From assembly GCA_035084275.1 (NCBI GenBank), contig CM068748.1, forward strand, positions 8,804,001 to 8,868,000: a stretch of DNA of 64,000 bases. The letters run 5' to 3'. Position numbers and translations under genes: made by a program. Positions 1 through 14,400 of the stretch are shown here, in pieces. The notes under the pieces were generated by a model. The model did no database searches and had not been told where the DNA came from. It worked only from the letters and a program-made list of their open reading frames with translations. This DNA comes from Hydrolagus colliei (lineage: Eukaryota). How positions within the stretch are numbered: the stretch's first letter is position 1; each line of letters begins with the position of its first letter.

Positions 1-764
1 TGTAATCATTAATATCCTATTCATTTGTGAACAAATACATTTTGTCTCTGTGACCATTTTGGTGTCTAAAGCTACTGAGTGTCAAATTAACAGTATGTAT
101 ATTTTCACCATAAGTGCTAACATTCTTCACTTTATGCGCCTCATTTCTGTTAAACGTCCACATGAATGAGTACATTAGTCAAAAAGGTGGGTGAATGTAC
201 GTCAAATGTAACATTCTGAACATTTGTTCCTGCAATTGTAAGTTTTAAAATGAATTCGGACAAGGTAGACAGTTTAGGGTACAGTCAAACACTAAAATCA
301 GTAACTTACCTACAACAAAAAAACTGCAATATAACAGTGTAACAACACAACAGTTTCAGGGAGACTTTCCTGAAACATGGTACCATATCAAGCACCATAC
401 ATATTCTAATTTGTAAATTTAAGGCCAACTGAAGAACAACCTACAATTAATGCAAGATTATCTGCAATGGTCTACATCTGGTAAGTGGTTATTTTGTACC
501 TGATCACTTATGGAAATATTTCACTTGTGATTAACACCAAATTTATACTGCAGCAGATTCCAATTTGATTTTTGAAAATCTCCTGAGGAGGTTTCACTCG
601 CAAGAATGGGAATTGAATAGATTCAATTTAAAACTTCAATCTTCATAACCATTTTAACACAAAAACATACCTGAAAAAATGCTGACTCTGCCCAGCAGTG
701 TAAACCCAACAGTTTAGACAGGACATATTGGAACAAAGTACGTAATATAAAAAGTAAAGTATGG

Positions 765-1122
765 GTGGATTCCTGGTAGCTCAATGGTAAGAGCTCTTGC
801 CTCGCAAGCATTCAATTCCCAGCAGGGAAAAAAAAATTGAGCTAGTTTCCTTAGTCCACATGCCTCTGTTTAGCTAGCAGTAAGTAGGAACCTGGTTGTT
901 AGTCGATTGACGGATCACTTTTCCAAGGGATAATAATCCCTGAAAGAAAAAACAATAATAATTTGTTCACTCAACCCACGACTGTTAGTGGGTCATTGAT
1001 GTGTGCTGCCACGTTTCGTCTACAAATATACAGTCAATTCACTTTATAGTATATTCTGTGAAGTGCTTTGATACCTCTAGAAGACGTGAAAAATGCTAGG
1101 TGAAATGCAAGGATTATTATTA
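765..1122 (+). mobile_element. tRNA-derived SINE with L2-type tail
   Basis: A-box-like GTAGCTCAATGGTAAGAGC; core ACGACTGTT..GCTGCC..CAGTCAATTCACTTT; tail GACGTGAAAA..GCAAGG(ATT)n. Confidence 0.8.
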
Positions 1123-2392
1123 TATATTAATATATTCACTGGCCATTTTATAATCTTTATATCTGCCTTTCATTGAACTTTTATTTAGAACGATGCATTG
1201 CTGGCAAACAAAATTCAAAGTGTGTTCTTCTATGGAAATCAAAGCCTGTTTTTATTCCTGCAATTCAGCATCTCATATTGTTTACCAATTTTGAATAAAC
1301 TTCAAGGCACTGTAACTATATATTATATTTTCCACCCGTCATTATTCCACTTGAGCCAATGTGGCTTTTCAAACAATCACCAATGTTCTCACTATGCTAG
1401 ATTTCACAATCTTGAAAAACAATTATTTTTCAGTTTAGAAAATATATCAAAACATAGTTGGGATTGCTGTGTTCATAAACACAGCAATCCCAACTATGAT
1501 CCATCCACAAAGCACATTTACTGGCTACAATGTGACTGAGGACACCAAAATAACAGGCTGGTCATAGCCCAAGGAGCATATTTTCAGCACACTTTTTGAT
1601 CTCCTGTGCATGTGTAGCTATAGCCTAAGGAAATGTAGCCGAACCGAAATGGAAAGTTCACATGACATAACTGGCAAAAGTAATATTGGCAAGACAACAA
1701 AGCAGTCCTTTTTTAAACAATATAAAATTACTAACCAAACATATGAGAAAATGATACTCCTATATATTACACGGAGGAACTTATTAATTTCTCTCTCGCT
1801 TGCCTGCCCTATTACCAAGTTTATATTGATTTTTTTTAATAAGTGTAATCCAACCACTTGTGGTTTGGGAAGAAGGATGACAAATGATCAGCTGCGATTC
1901 CTGCTCTTGATTATCCTAGTGACCCTACAATTTCCTGTATGAGGTTAAGCGCAGATGTATTGGTCCAAAACACAGCCAAGTTGTTTCCCCCTGATTTTAA
2001 TGTGATAGTCAATCACATTTCCTGATACAAAAAAAACCTTTTGATGGTACAGCTCTTGAAGCTAAAGGTGGAAAGACCCCGAATTTCTACATTATTTGAA
2101 GTTTCTCAATTGAAAAACAAACAACACTCATGGGATATTTCAAATTATCCCCTATAAACTAGTAGTTGATAGTATACAGATACTGGCATGGACTCGTTTT
2201 GACCTTTCACGTGCACTGCTTTTCCATATTGCAACCACTGCCATTGATTGCTTCTCTGGAAACAGGCAGTGGTAAAAATAGAAAGAATACAAAAGGGAAA
2301 TAATAAGTTTGGCAGAGGTCTTCTTTTATTTTGAGGCCACACTACAGGTTTTCTATAAGAAAGCAATGCAGAAATTGTAGATAAGCTCTTAC

Positions 2393-2474
2393 CATCTTTC
2401 AAAGTTTCCTGTGTTAGACCTCTTCCATAGCACTGGTCATATGCCACATAATTATCAGATGTCAACTGGTAAAC
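2393..2474 (-). CDS. IPMK: IPMK exon 5 (82 nt)
   Basis: ttcag|GTT TAC CAG ... AAA GAT G|gtaag; VYQLTSDNYVAYDQCYGRGLTQETLKD. Confidence 0.93.
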
Positions 2475-5400
2475 CTGAAGAATAAATTTAAATTAGGATT
2501 TTTGTGCGGAAAATATACCTTTGCGTGACAACCACCATTACTTATTCACTATTTATACAAAAGGCAGAATATTATTGTTGATAGCATCTCAAAATTAATT
2601 TCCCTACAGAAAGGTGGACAAAATAATTAAAAATATTCATGAATCTTTCAACATCAAACAGGATAATCTTATGATATTTTGTTTGTGCCATTGAAGTCTC
2701 AGCACAGGTCATTTAAATTCATACATAACAGAGTCAGAGTCATGGAACAGACAACATTCACTGTTTTGGCCACCGACTGGCTCAACCAACTTAAATTGCA
2801 GCCACAAGCATCCTTGTAAGCATCCTGATGGCACACATCGGAATACTATTTGAAATAATCCTAAACAAAATTCTGTGCCTCAGAATTTTTCTTGGGACAG
2901 TTTATATAAATGAATTTCATACCAATAATAAACAAATCAAAATGTTAAGTGTCTCCCTCCCGACTATTTTGAGGGAACTATATTTTGTAAATTTGCAAAA
3001 TAGTATTTATAATAACAAGTTACTTTCATAAACTAAGACCAAAGCTGAATTCTTAAATTATGATGTAAGGCTTTAAATCACCACAATGCTGCACATGCAA
3101 CTAACGTTATGAATTATCACATTCTTTAAGTGAAGATATAAGTTTCTGTGGCAAAACACTAGATTCAGATGGAGATTTAGAATCAACTGACATTTATATA
3201 AGCCTGCGAGTAAATTTCATGGAAAAAAAATGAAGGATGAGATTGTTCAGAGGATCTGAACATTTAATGTTCAATCTTGTAATAATTGTTTTCAATTCCT
3301 TCAAAATTATTGCATCATAACCAGATCTGCAACAAAATGCCATGAGACATTTTTGTTTTATAGTCATTAAGTATATAGTATTTCATTACTTCAGTATTTG
3401 TATTAGCATCGAACCTTTGAATTGAGTAATTTTACAAAATCTACATAATGTTGATTTCAATCTCCTTCCTGTAACAAGGGCAGGCGTCTGGAAGCAACCT
3501 TCTTCCCTCTGGTTACTTCTGCTTTTTCAGAATAGAAAGAACAAACAAGAAATACAAAGGCTGCAGGAATAAAATCTAGAAACATAGCGGGTTATGACAT
3601 TTTAAACATCAACAAGACTGAGGACCTCCTAATTAGCTCTCGCCAGCGCCTTCACACATCAGGCACTGGTAGCATCAACCTCCATGGTTGCACGCTCAAC
3701 CTCACCAAGCCAGTCAGGAACCTAGGTGTCTTGTTCGATCCTCAACTGTCCCTCCTCCTACACATCCAAGCCATGACCCACTCTGCCTTCACTCACCTCT
3801 GCAATATTGCCCAACTACCTCACCCCTTAGGCCACTGAAACCCTCATTCACACCTTCATCACATCCGAACTCGACTACGCCAATGACCTGTTTATTGGCC
3901 TTCCCAATTCCTCCCTTCGTAGGCTGCAGATAATTCAAAACTCTGTTGCCCGTGCCCTCTACCGCTCCAAGCTTTGTGATCCCATCTCCTCCATCCACGC
4001 ACGACTCCATTGGCTCCCCATTACCCAAACGATTCAATTCCAGATACTGATCCTCGCCTTCAAAGCCCTCCATGGCCTCCCTCCGCTCAGCAGGCTCCAG
4101 CCTCCTTCACGTCCCCTGACCCATCCGCCCATCATTGGTGGGCGAGCCTTCAGCCACTCTGCCCCTAACCTCTGCAACTCCATCCCACAGTCCATCCACA
4201 GCGACCCTCCCTAGCCTCCTTCAAGTCCCGCCTCAAGCACCTCCTCCTCGACGGTCCCATCGATCACCCCAAATCCCCCCTTTCTCACCACCTTCCCCGT
4301 CCCCGACCCCAGCTCGGGTCTCAAACAATGACTGTTCAGCAACTTGGGACATCCTCATGGCGTGAAAGGAGCTATGCAAGTGTAATTTTGTTGTTGTATT
4401 TTGTTGTTGTTACACTGGTGAAATAACACAAGGCAAAGGATGGTATAGCTGTGAGCTAGCCGTGAAGGTCATTCAGACTCATTTGAAGCCTTCAGAGTTA
4501 ACAGATATAAACTTAAAAACATTTATTGCTAAACTATACATGCCAAGTAATGCATCTTCCAGTATCCATGTGTAGTGTGGTAATATAGATTATCGTTACT
4601 TGTAAGTGACTATGTGACAATCTTAACGTACCTGGCATTTACTTGTCAGGAAAGCATTTTACCCATAAATATATTTCTCTCTACTGTCTGTTCCAAGGGA
4701 AGATGCAACCTAAAGAAAGATTAAGCACACTATTTGTCAAAATATTACCTGAATCCTACTATATTTTACCAAGGCACTTTGTAGCGGGCTTCTTTACCCT
4801 CTGAAATCTGCTTTTGAAAGCCGTGCATTTTCTGCAACATAACAGCTTTGTGTTGATCAGACCTCACTTAGCTGTATGATTATAGGCAAACTATTCTTAA
4901 ATTTAATAACCGATAAACTAAAATAGTTACCCACCCCAACCCACCCTAAGCATAAAAATTGTGCTGCAGTACAGTTCCCAAGCACAGAGTTCCCTTCGGT
5001 AACTCTCTCTCATGTACATTCTTCATACATGCACTCAAGATAGTGCACTTAGCAGGTTATTCAACTGTGTTTGACATCAGGAACTCTAGTTGATACTTTC
5101 CAAAAAGAGAATTAAAAACAGGAGTGGTGAACTTGATTGTAGCAATTATTTGAGCTATGTACAACATCTCTTATTCACAAATCTGCTCTTATACCAAATG
5201 TTTGCATACATATTTAAATACACACCCGCTTGAATGATTGTTTGAAATGTATAGGTGACAGGTAATGATACTAAGAACTGTCAGTTCTCAGCAGGCTATG
5301 CTGCCACAGGGGAGAGCCATGTCCTTCACAACATACCTCACAAAAATCTGCTGAAAGAACAGCAGGAGTGTGTCAAACTGGAATAGACATTTTCAGCATG

Positions 5401-8400
5401 ATCTGTTTATTTAAAGAAAATAGCATTCTTTCAGCTTATCTACTATAAATTGTAGTATTAATCAACGTTTTCTCACATTTTGCTTTAACTCTTTTCCACC
5501 ACATAGAAAAATATGCAGATCTTTTCATTCATGTATTTCAGCGAACAATGGGGCGGGTGGGTTGCGGGACATGGAGCAGGCCGGACCCTGCTGAGCGGAG
5601 GGAGCAGGCAGGTTGGTAGGGGGTTAGGAAGTCGCAGATGTAGTGTGGGACAAGGCCATGCAGGGTTTTGAATGTGAGGACCAGGACTTTGAATTGGATC
5701 CTCTGGATGATGGGGAGCAAATGGAGTCAGGTGTAAAGCAGGTGGCCTGAAGGGTGAGGGAGTGGCTGAGTAAGGCAATATTGCAGTGATGAGGGAAGGC
5801 ACAGTGAGTCATTGCTTGGATATGGGGAGCAAAGACAGTTGAGGATTGAACAAGAAACCTAGGTTCCTGACTGGTTTGGTGAGGTCGAGTGTGCAACCAC
5901 TCTGTGGGTGTTTTGCAGTAAGGTATGTCTCCTCTAGGTTTCAAGCTCTTAGTAGACTGCTTGTAGATAATTATTGATAAGTTAAAGTTCACTTAGTACC
6001 AAAGATTTTTTGTTGAGCTGTTATAAATGAAACAGAAGAAGGCTTCAGCACCTTGAGCCTGTTCCGCTATTCTATAAGATCATAGCTAATCTGCACCTTA
6101 ACTCCGATTATCAGCCCTTTGGTATCTGGCAAGCTCTGTTCGTGGCACGCTTGCCTCAGTGTCAGAAGGTAGCAGGCTCACGTCGCACATCAGTTGTGGG
6201 TTCAAGTACCAGATAAATTGGTCGTTCACTTTATGGTCAGTCTGTGGGACAAGGCTGAGCACATTGATACTATATTGGCCTACAAATATTCACTGTAATT
6301 TGTAGCAAATCCCTATGAAGTCTTTGAAACATTTAACAGATTTTCTTTTAAATCATATCTTCAAATACATTTTTTCACATGACTAGAAGGGATAAATATG
6401 CTAAAATGGTACAAACTTAAATACAAAATGAGTGCAGTAATGTGAGATATCTTAAATCACAATTTACTACTTGGATAATGTAATTGGTCTGTAAACTTAA
6501 CTGGTTAAAATCAAACTGTATAAATATAAAGTCTGAATATTAACATCTATACATTTACATTTAAGTACTAAGATCCAGCAAAAATAATATGACAATACTG
6601 TAACAAGCTTGTGTGCACAAAGCATACAAATTATTTTTGCTGGCTATCTGCAAGATAATAATTACAGATTAGTTTTACTGCATTATGGAGTAATCTGTGG
6701 GACAAATCATTCTATCATCCTTAAAAAATACAGAGACAAGTGGTTTCTCCAGGAAATACAGAAGAGACAGAATTGACAGTTAAAAGAAAATATTGACGAT
6801 GTAAACAGGGTTCAAAAAACATATCTCCAAATGAAACAGCAGCATTCACAGATTTTTATATAAAACATACATTTTCCCAAATTTAGTGTGTATAACACTT
6901 ACCCTCATTCCAAGCAATAAGAACCCAATTTCTTCCATTAGAGGGTATTTGCTGATCTGTTGCTGTATCTTCTCATCACAAGCATCAGGGTCATAGCTCT
7001 TTTTCCCTATTTTCACATCCATGATGCATGGCTTGTTGAACTTGCGAGTCACATCTTCCAGTTTAAGGTACAATTCTAGTAAATCCAAGGTAAAGGAAGC
7101 AAAACTCACAAAAATATAAAATGAGAACCTTTCTAGGTTAACTTAATTTTTGGTCGAAAGGAATAAGTATTACACAACATTTAACAGAGATTATTTTACC
7201 AGAATGCCAACTCAAAATAAAGCTTGAACATGAAAATGACTCCTTTTTTTTTACTGTTAATAAAAAGCATGTTGTATTCAACATTAAAACCTAACATTTA
7301 ACGTGACTCTGTGCATGCATTTCACTGTGTATGGGACGTCCTCCCGATGTGAAAGGCGCTCTATCAATGTAACTTTGTTGTTGTTGTGTATACAGAGAAC
7401 CTTCTCAGTCCTCAGTGAGTCATTGGGAGCAACAAATTGAAATCAGGCTTCCTGCAATTCATGCAAGTATAAAATCATCAACAATTGATTGAAAGGAAAA
7501 CAAAACACACAAAATTATTTTTGAAACATAAAAATAAAGATACTAGACAAATCCATATATGTTGGAATAATTAATATAAAAGTGATAGTGTACTTTATAC
7601 ACAGGTGCCATCACCATATTTTTTATGCAAAAACAATTTTGGAGAACAACAAAGAAGAATACTAGAATTTTTTCAGTCTCACTTATTTTATCGAAGTTGA
7701 CAACACCAAACTACACCCACCTCTTCTGGAGAACAATTGCCTCAAGAAAGACACTAGTAAAGCAACACCCAAACTTAAATACTATTGGTCAAATAGTTAA
7801 CCTGACTTCTCAAACGCATTCACCACCACTTTCTTGGTTCCACCGACCATAAATTTCATCTGATACAGTACAAATCTATGCTGCTCACATCAAATTCTGC
7901 ATGTCCCACCTCGGTTCTTCTGGCTAACCATCTCCCAACAAATCAACATCAAAGTCCTCACCTTCATTTATAATTCCCTTCAAGCCACTTCACATCAGTG
8001 CTTCACCACTTCACAAAATAGGCACGGTTCTCACCAAAAGTTAATTTGAGATTATAGAACTGAAATCTCTTCAAAATGTTATTCCATTAGGGGGCTCATT
8101 TTAGCTTATTAAAAGTTCTTGGTTTTGAATTAAACAATGGCTGATAGTAGGGAACGGCGATATGGGATTTTTCCGGATATGGATATATCGGTTTGCTCAT
8201 ACCTGCTTAAACCGATCTATCGAGTTTTTATACTGCGCATGCGCGTGCATTCGAAGTGCGCATTTATGGTGCGCGCTCAGTCGAGGTGCGCGCGCATTGA
8301 CGGTGCGTCCACACTGACGATGCGCGCGCAGTCGCGGTGCACGCACATTTCGAAATGCGTGCTCTAGGTCCAGAAAGTTTGTAATGTTGGTGTCAATGTC

Positions 8401-11400
8401 TGTTGAATTATACGATGTTGTTTGCTCCCTACCTCCCCCTCTCCTTCTCTCCCTCCTCTCCTCTCTCCTTCTCTCCCTCCTTTCCCCTCTCCTTCTCTCC
8501 CTCCCCCTCCACTCTCCCTCTCTCCTCTCCCTCCTCCCTCTCTCCTCTCCCTCCTTTCCCCTCGCTCCTTCTCTCCCTCCTTTCCCCCTCTCCTTCTCTC
8601 CCTCCCTCTCCTCTCTTCCTCTCTCCTTCTCTCCCAACTTTCCCCCTCTCCCTCCCTCCCCTCTCTCCTTCTCTCCCTCCTTTCCCCTCGCTCCTTCTCT
8701 CCCTCCTTTCCCCCTCTCCTTCTCTCCCTCCCTCCCTCTCCTCTCTTCCTCTCTCCTTCTCTCCCTCCTTTCCCCTCGCTCCTTCTCTCCCTCCTTTCAC
8801 CCTCTCCTTCTCTCCCTCCCTCTTCTCTCTTCCTCTCTCCTTCTCTCCCAACTTCCCCCCTCTCCTTCTCTCCCTCGCCTCTCTCCTTCTCTCCCTCCTT
8901 TCCCCTCGCTCCTTCTCTCCCTCCTTTCCCCCTCTCATTCTCTCCCTCCCTCTCCTCTCTTCCTCTCTCCTTCTCTCCCAACTTTCCCCCTCTCTTTCTC
9001 TCCCTCCATCTCTAAACACAAAATAGAACACACACACACCAAAAACAAAATCTAGAGATTTATTCTCCTCCATTTCTTGCTTGAAAGTAGCATGTAATGT
9101 CCACGTGTAAATGAGATCTATTACAATAGAAAAGAGAGAGGCAGACAGTCTGATTGTTAAGAGTTAGAAGCCAGATTATCACTGCTGTGTGTGTCTGACT
9201 AGACACACACATAGAAGCAGTGATAATCTGGCTTCTAACTCTCTCACACACACAAATTACACTTACAGCCACAAAATGCCACTTATTTTTATGTAGTCTG
9301 AAGTCTGAATTAATGTCCTTCGCCATTGGCAAGCTCTCCTTTGCTATGCAAAAAGTGACAGCGTTCGTGATACTTTGCCACTTTTTGTCCCCTCTCTGGT
9401 ACAATGTTCTCCTCTTAAATAAAGCAGGAATTGTTTGAGCTGCACTGGCCCCACTACCTGTCGCTTTCTCTGAAACGCTGGTTCGACTTCCTGCTGTTGT
9501 CGACAATGATTTCGCTCTGAGGGCAGCGTGCTGGGCGGGGTGGTGCTGCTTAATGTGATGTCGCAGGTTGCTCGTGCTCGAATCAGATGTCTTAACCAAG
9601 ACCTTGCAAACTGTACATCTATACACACCATTACTGACTGCATTGTTTTCAAAGTAGTCCCATATGGGGCTTCTTTTCCCCATGATGAGAAAGGTAAATT
9701 TTCAAACTACAATTTTCAGCGATGCGACTTTGTTAAGATGCCACGACTCACGTCGAGTATACACAGTAAAGTGTGCGTGCGCATCGGATGTGCGCGCCCG
9801 TTAATTGTGCGCGCACACCGAATGTACGCGCATTCCATGCTCTAGATCTAGGAGGTTGCAATGCCGGCGACAAGGTAAGCTGGAAAAGATCGCATTACAC
9901 TGATAATACCAACAATATTGATATATTGCCAGGAACGATATTAAAAATATATCGATGTATATTTTTAAAATCGAATCTCTCGATATAACAGTTTTTTTAG
10001 AATCACCATATCGGCATACCGATCTGAAAATCATATCGGGTTTAATCGAAAAAACGATTAATCGCCGTTCCCTAGCTGATAGTTACTACTGCAATTTAGT
10101 AAACCAATTTTGCTATTGTACTATAGGCAATTATTGGAGCCTACATTTATTGTTGTCACTAGTGTCAAACACCAAAAAGCTAGAATATAATGCTATTGGA
10201 AATGTGTACAGAATATGATGATGAGTTACGTGAAAAGGATACCGTTAGGTGCAGCAGTTGGTGTCCAGGTACCAAGGAACTTGGGCAAAAATTGTTGTAG
10301 TTCTAAGAACACATGGTCATGAGACGATGACCCAAATACCTGAAACAAAAGAAAAGCTCTGTTTAAAAAAATTCAAAATATACATTAGCTATGTGAGGCA
10401 GATATTCATATTCTGACAGAATCGAAAACTGGAAGTTGAGGTACTACCAAAACACCTCTGCATGTGAGAACTCACATGTCATAATGTTTCTAAGCTGCAA
10501 GTCAATTTGTTTTTCCTGTGAATTACAACAACAACAAAATTACACTTGTATAGCACCTTTTACATCAGGAGGACGTCCCAAGGCAATGGCCAGTGATTGT
10601 TTTCAGACCCAAGCTGGGGACAGGGAGGGTGGAGGGAAATGGGGGGGATTTGGGGTGACCGATGGGACGATCGAAGGAGGGTCTTGAGGCGAGACTTGAA
10701 GGAGGCCAGAGAGGGAGCGAGGCGGGGGGACTGCGGGATGGAGTTCCAGAGGTTGGGGACAGAGAGGCTACAGGCTCACCCACCAATGTTGAGGCACGTG
10801 GGTTGGGGGACGGGGACGATTGTCAGGCTAGTAGTCGTCCTGGAGTTGAGGATAGAGGCAGAAAGATAAGTCGGGTGTCATTCGTATACATGTCGACGTT
10901 AACCCCATGTCATTCACCACCATGGATGATGTCATCAAGGGGGAGCATGTAGATGTTGAAAAGTAGGAGGCCAAGGACAGAGCCCTGGGGGAACGCCACA
11001 GGTGACAGTGTGGGGGTTAATATAATAATAACAGTAAGAATCCCAGCATTTGATGTAGCACCTCAGAGGGGGGAATGTCTCAAAGCGCTTCACAGAATAT
11101 ACTGTAATTTAAAGCAGAATGATTATAGTTTATGGGCTAATTTAAGCGCAGCAAAGCCCACATACAGCCATCAGGTGAGTGACCAGCGTTATTTGGGGAA
11201 TTGTTGACCAGGAGTACCGCACTTCTCTTTCAGTCATGCCATGTGATCATGAACATCTGTCTGAGAAGGCAGCTGGACTGTGGTTTTAACATCTTATCCA
11301 AAGGTAGGCACCATTGGGGGCAACTCCAGCACTGAATTCGGGTGACACCCTAGACCGTGAGTTCAAAGTCCTAACGGGAGACATTTGTGCAAAGAAATAC

Positions 11401-14400
11401 TTCCTGGTGTGTTCTAAAATGATCAATCTTGATTGTTCTGGTACAAGCAAATTAAACAGCCACAGTATTCAGATTCTTGAAACCAGTTTAAGTGAAGCAG
11501 GTCTTAACAGCTTGCCTGCCAATACCCAGTATAATCTGTTTTTCTGCAAATTTGAAGTAAATTTTCCTTGCTAGTTGCAGTATTTCATTCAGCATCAAGT
11601 TGCAAAACAAACACCCCACTGCGAAAACAAAACCGGTAATTCCAGTGAAACAACTACAGTTTACTCAGCTGACAATGTAGATAGCCGGATATGTCCACCA
11701 TTATTTGTGGTTTAACGTTAACAGGCATCTAACACGTCACAATGGGTGGATTGTTTTGAATGTTATTTCCCTTCACAGTCTTTGAAGAACAACACACAAG
11801 CCTCACTCTTGGAAAACAAAACTGCAATAACCAAAATATTTCACTCTAGAACTTAAAAACACAAAATAGTGTGTTATGCAACCAAAAAAAAAGCCAAATA
11901 AACAGGCAAAGAACTAATAAAATCCCCCAAATTCCCGATGGTCTAATAATTTTTGGCCACAAAACAAAAACACTTTATGGGCAGTTAAGCACAAATGAAG
12001 CCTATTAACAAGAATGGGGATCTGCTGACAGATTAGAATGAACTCAGTGTGTCTGTATAATTGTTTTATTGCATAATGAGAAAATGCTGTGAAAATGCCT
12101 CCTGAGCTTTGGCATGAGACTATTTGCTATTCTTCCACTTCGCTGAAACTTCTATAAATGTATAATATTCAACATGATTACACCATAATCATCTCTGCAC
12201 TACATTTTGAAAGGTTAAACTTAGTGATACTCATCACCGCCCATTAGCATTACGGGCACATCTCATTGCTGCTCCCTTTTGATAAGACCTTGTCTTTGTA
12301 ATCTACTTTATTCAGGTTCATGCATTTGCAATGATAATGATTGACAGTGAAATAGTATGGTTAACCTGCACTCCAATCATCATGCTGTATAGTATGTGCA
12401 ATAATATCCACATCATTCTAGAAACTCCATAGAATTGTTTAACTGGGAAAATTAGTGAATGAGAAAGAAGGGTTAAAGAAAGTACTGTTTAATTCTCCAA
12501 CCCACATCAGTGTGACTAACTGGATGTATGCAAACCTGGGCAACTATTCTTTTCTCCATCCCTCCAAAGGAAAACATTGCACCTTTCTACAGTGACTCAG
12601 TACTTATTCTATAAGACCAGGAAGTCTTCATGTGAGAACTGTCGTTATAATAATAATCCTTGCATTTGATTGTGGCGCCTTATCATGTCTTCTAAATGTC
12701 TCAAAGTGCTTCACAGAATATACTGTATTCATTATGTGGGTGAAACATGGCAGCCAATTAAGAAATTGCGTTGCAACTCTTCAGAAATTCTTTTCCTGCT
12801 GTCACAGTTTGATTAAATTAAACAAGAATAAATACAGAGAATGGGTTGGTCCTGTCCAATGATGCAATATATTCATGTACAAACACGCCACATTGCGGAG
12901 TGACAAGATGCAAGTTCATTCTTGAAGCTCTTCAAACAAATACAGAACAGAGTTGTGTATAAAATAAAATATCAGTTTAACTACCATATTAAAATAATTA
13001 GATAACTGTGAAACAAGTCTGCAGATACATGCCATATATACTATTTAGTTGAAATTCAGTGCAGGATTCAATTAAACTAATATGCAAGTGTTTCTTCTTG
13101 CAAGTGAAGAGCAAGGGAGGAAAGGGATGCGTGGAGGTGACTGTAAGTGCAGTCAATGATGTCGGTTTTTCGGCAAGATTTTAAAATGTAGGGGTGTAAC
13201 AAAGGAGTAGAAGGCAAGGAATAATTGTTGGAAGACTCAAATATCAATAGTGGTTTAGAAGGGGGGTGGGTGGGGGATATATAGCAGATCCAAGTTAACC
13301 GAGCAGTAGGGAAAGAAACAGAAACAATAAAATTACATTTGTAGAGCACCTTCCCTGGTTCCACCATTGCTTTTTTATCAAAATACACTGGCATCTGCCA
13401 CTATCAGTTGAATTGGATGCTTACCATTGTGAACTATAGCAATGATCCCTGAACTATTCCAAAAGTCCAATGTTACATTCCCTTTGCATCCACTGATTCA
13501 ATCAATTACAGACTCACTTCATAGTTCTGACATATCCCAAATTTTCAAAACCAATCAGTGGAGCACAATCTTTGCTAAAACCAAAATGCTTCGAGTTGAC
13601 TGAGTCTCCATTGTCCGAGTCTCCACTGTCCATCATATCAGCCATATTGGAATGACTATCATATATGGATGCAGCACATTAGATACAGCAACAGCTTTAT
13701 AGTGGAGTGGAGAGTAGATTTCACCTTGCATAATTTTCTATTCAAAACAGCAATTACCATATTGTAGAAATTTAACTCTCTGGGCCCACGAGGAGGGGGT
13801 TGTAACTGTTTCAGGACTGTGCCGTCTGGATGCTGCAATATACCTAGGAGAGGACAAATAGCAATGAATTTCTACAAACCTCTTCACTATGTATTTTTTA
13901 TTGCAAACTAATGTGCCCTCCTTAAAATGATCAATCTTATGCTGCACATTTAGCTTGCTGGCTAAATATACAGTATACGAGGATTGGAACTTGCCCAAAT
14001 TCTTGATCATAAAAAAATGCAGTCAACTATAAAATATTCAGACAATTTTTTTGGTCAATATACACCTTGTCAATTTTTTTTAAATCAACAGAAAATTCTT
14101 AAGCCAAAAGCCTTCTTACTGGAGTACAAACAAATTAAACATAATTTTTCTATCAGAAAACAAATCTCAAAATGTCTTCAGTATTATGTATGATTCACCC
14201 TTTGCTTCATCCGATTGACACAAGTGGCTCCAGTTTAACCTTTTAAATTTGACAAATGCTCAGGATCACTTATTGTTAAAAAAAATACAACTCTGTCTTA
14301 ATGCTTGGCAGATTCCCCAGTGAAACTATGGACAACACAAACGTTATTGACCCAAGGAGTGAATTTAATCAGCTGAAGTGCCGGTCATTCAATGTGAAAG

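Larger units (their letters stand above)
8148..10074 (-). mobile_element. Internally deleted hAT DNA transposon (ZBED1/Ac-like) retaining the BED zinc-finger N-terminus
   Basis: Perfect 14-bp TIR TAGGGAACGGCGAT (8148-8161 / 10061-10074); perfect 8-bp TSD GCTGATAG (8140-8147 / 10075-10082); ORF 9683-9060 begins MGKRSPIWDYF..CTVC..TSNLRHHIKQHH. Confidence 0.92.
7076..10242 (-). other. U12-type (minor spliceosome) GT-AG intron, IPMK intron 3
   Basis: 5' splice site GTATCCTTTT; branch-like TTCCTTTAC at 7098-7090, about 15 nt from the TAG acceptor; no typical polypyrimidine tract after the branch site. Confidence 0.85.

Noticed and set aside
1198-1942. 110-113 aa ORFs in IPMK intron 5
   Set aside because: No similarity to the expected IPMK last exon or any known domain; chance ORFs in AT-rich DNA.
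8197-9073. Six overlapping 150-220 aa ORFs
   Set aside because: They are translations of the CT minisatellite (S/P/L or G/E/R low complexity), not genes.
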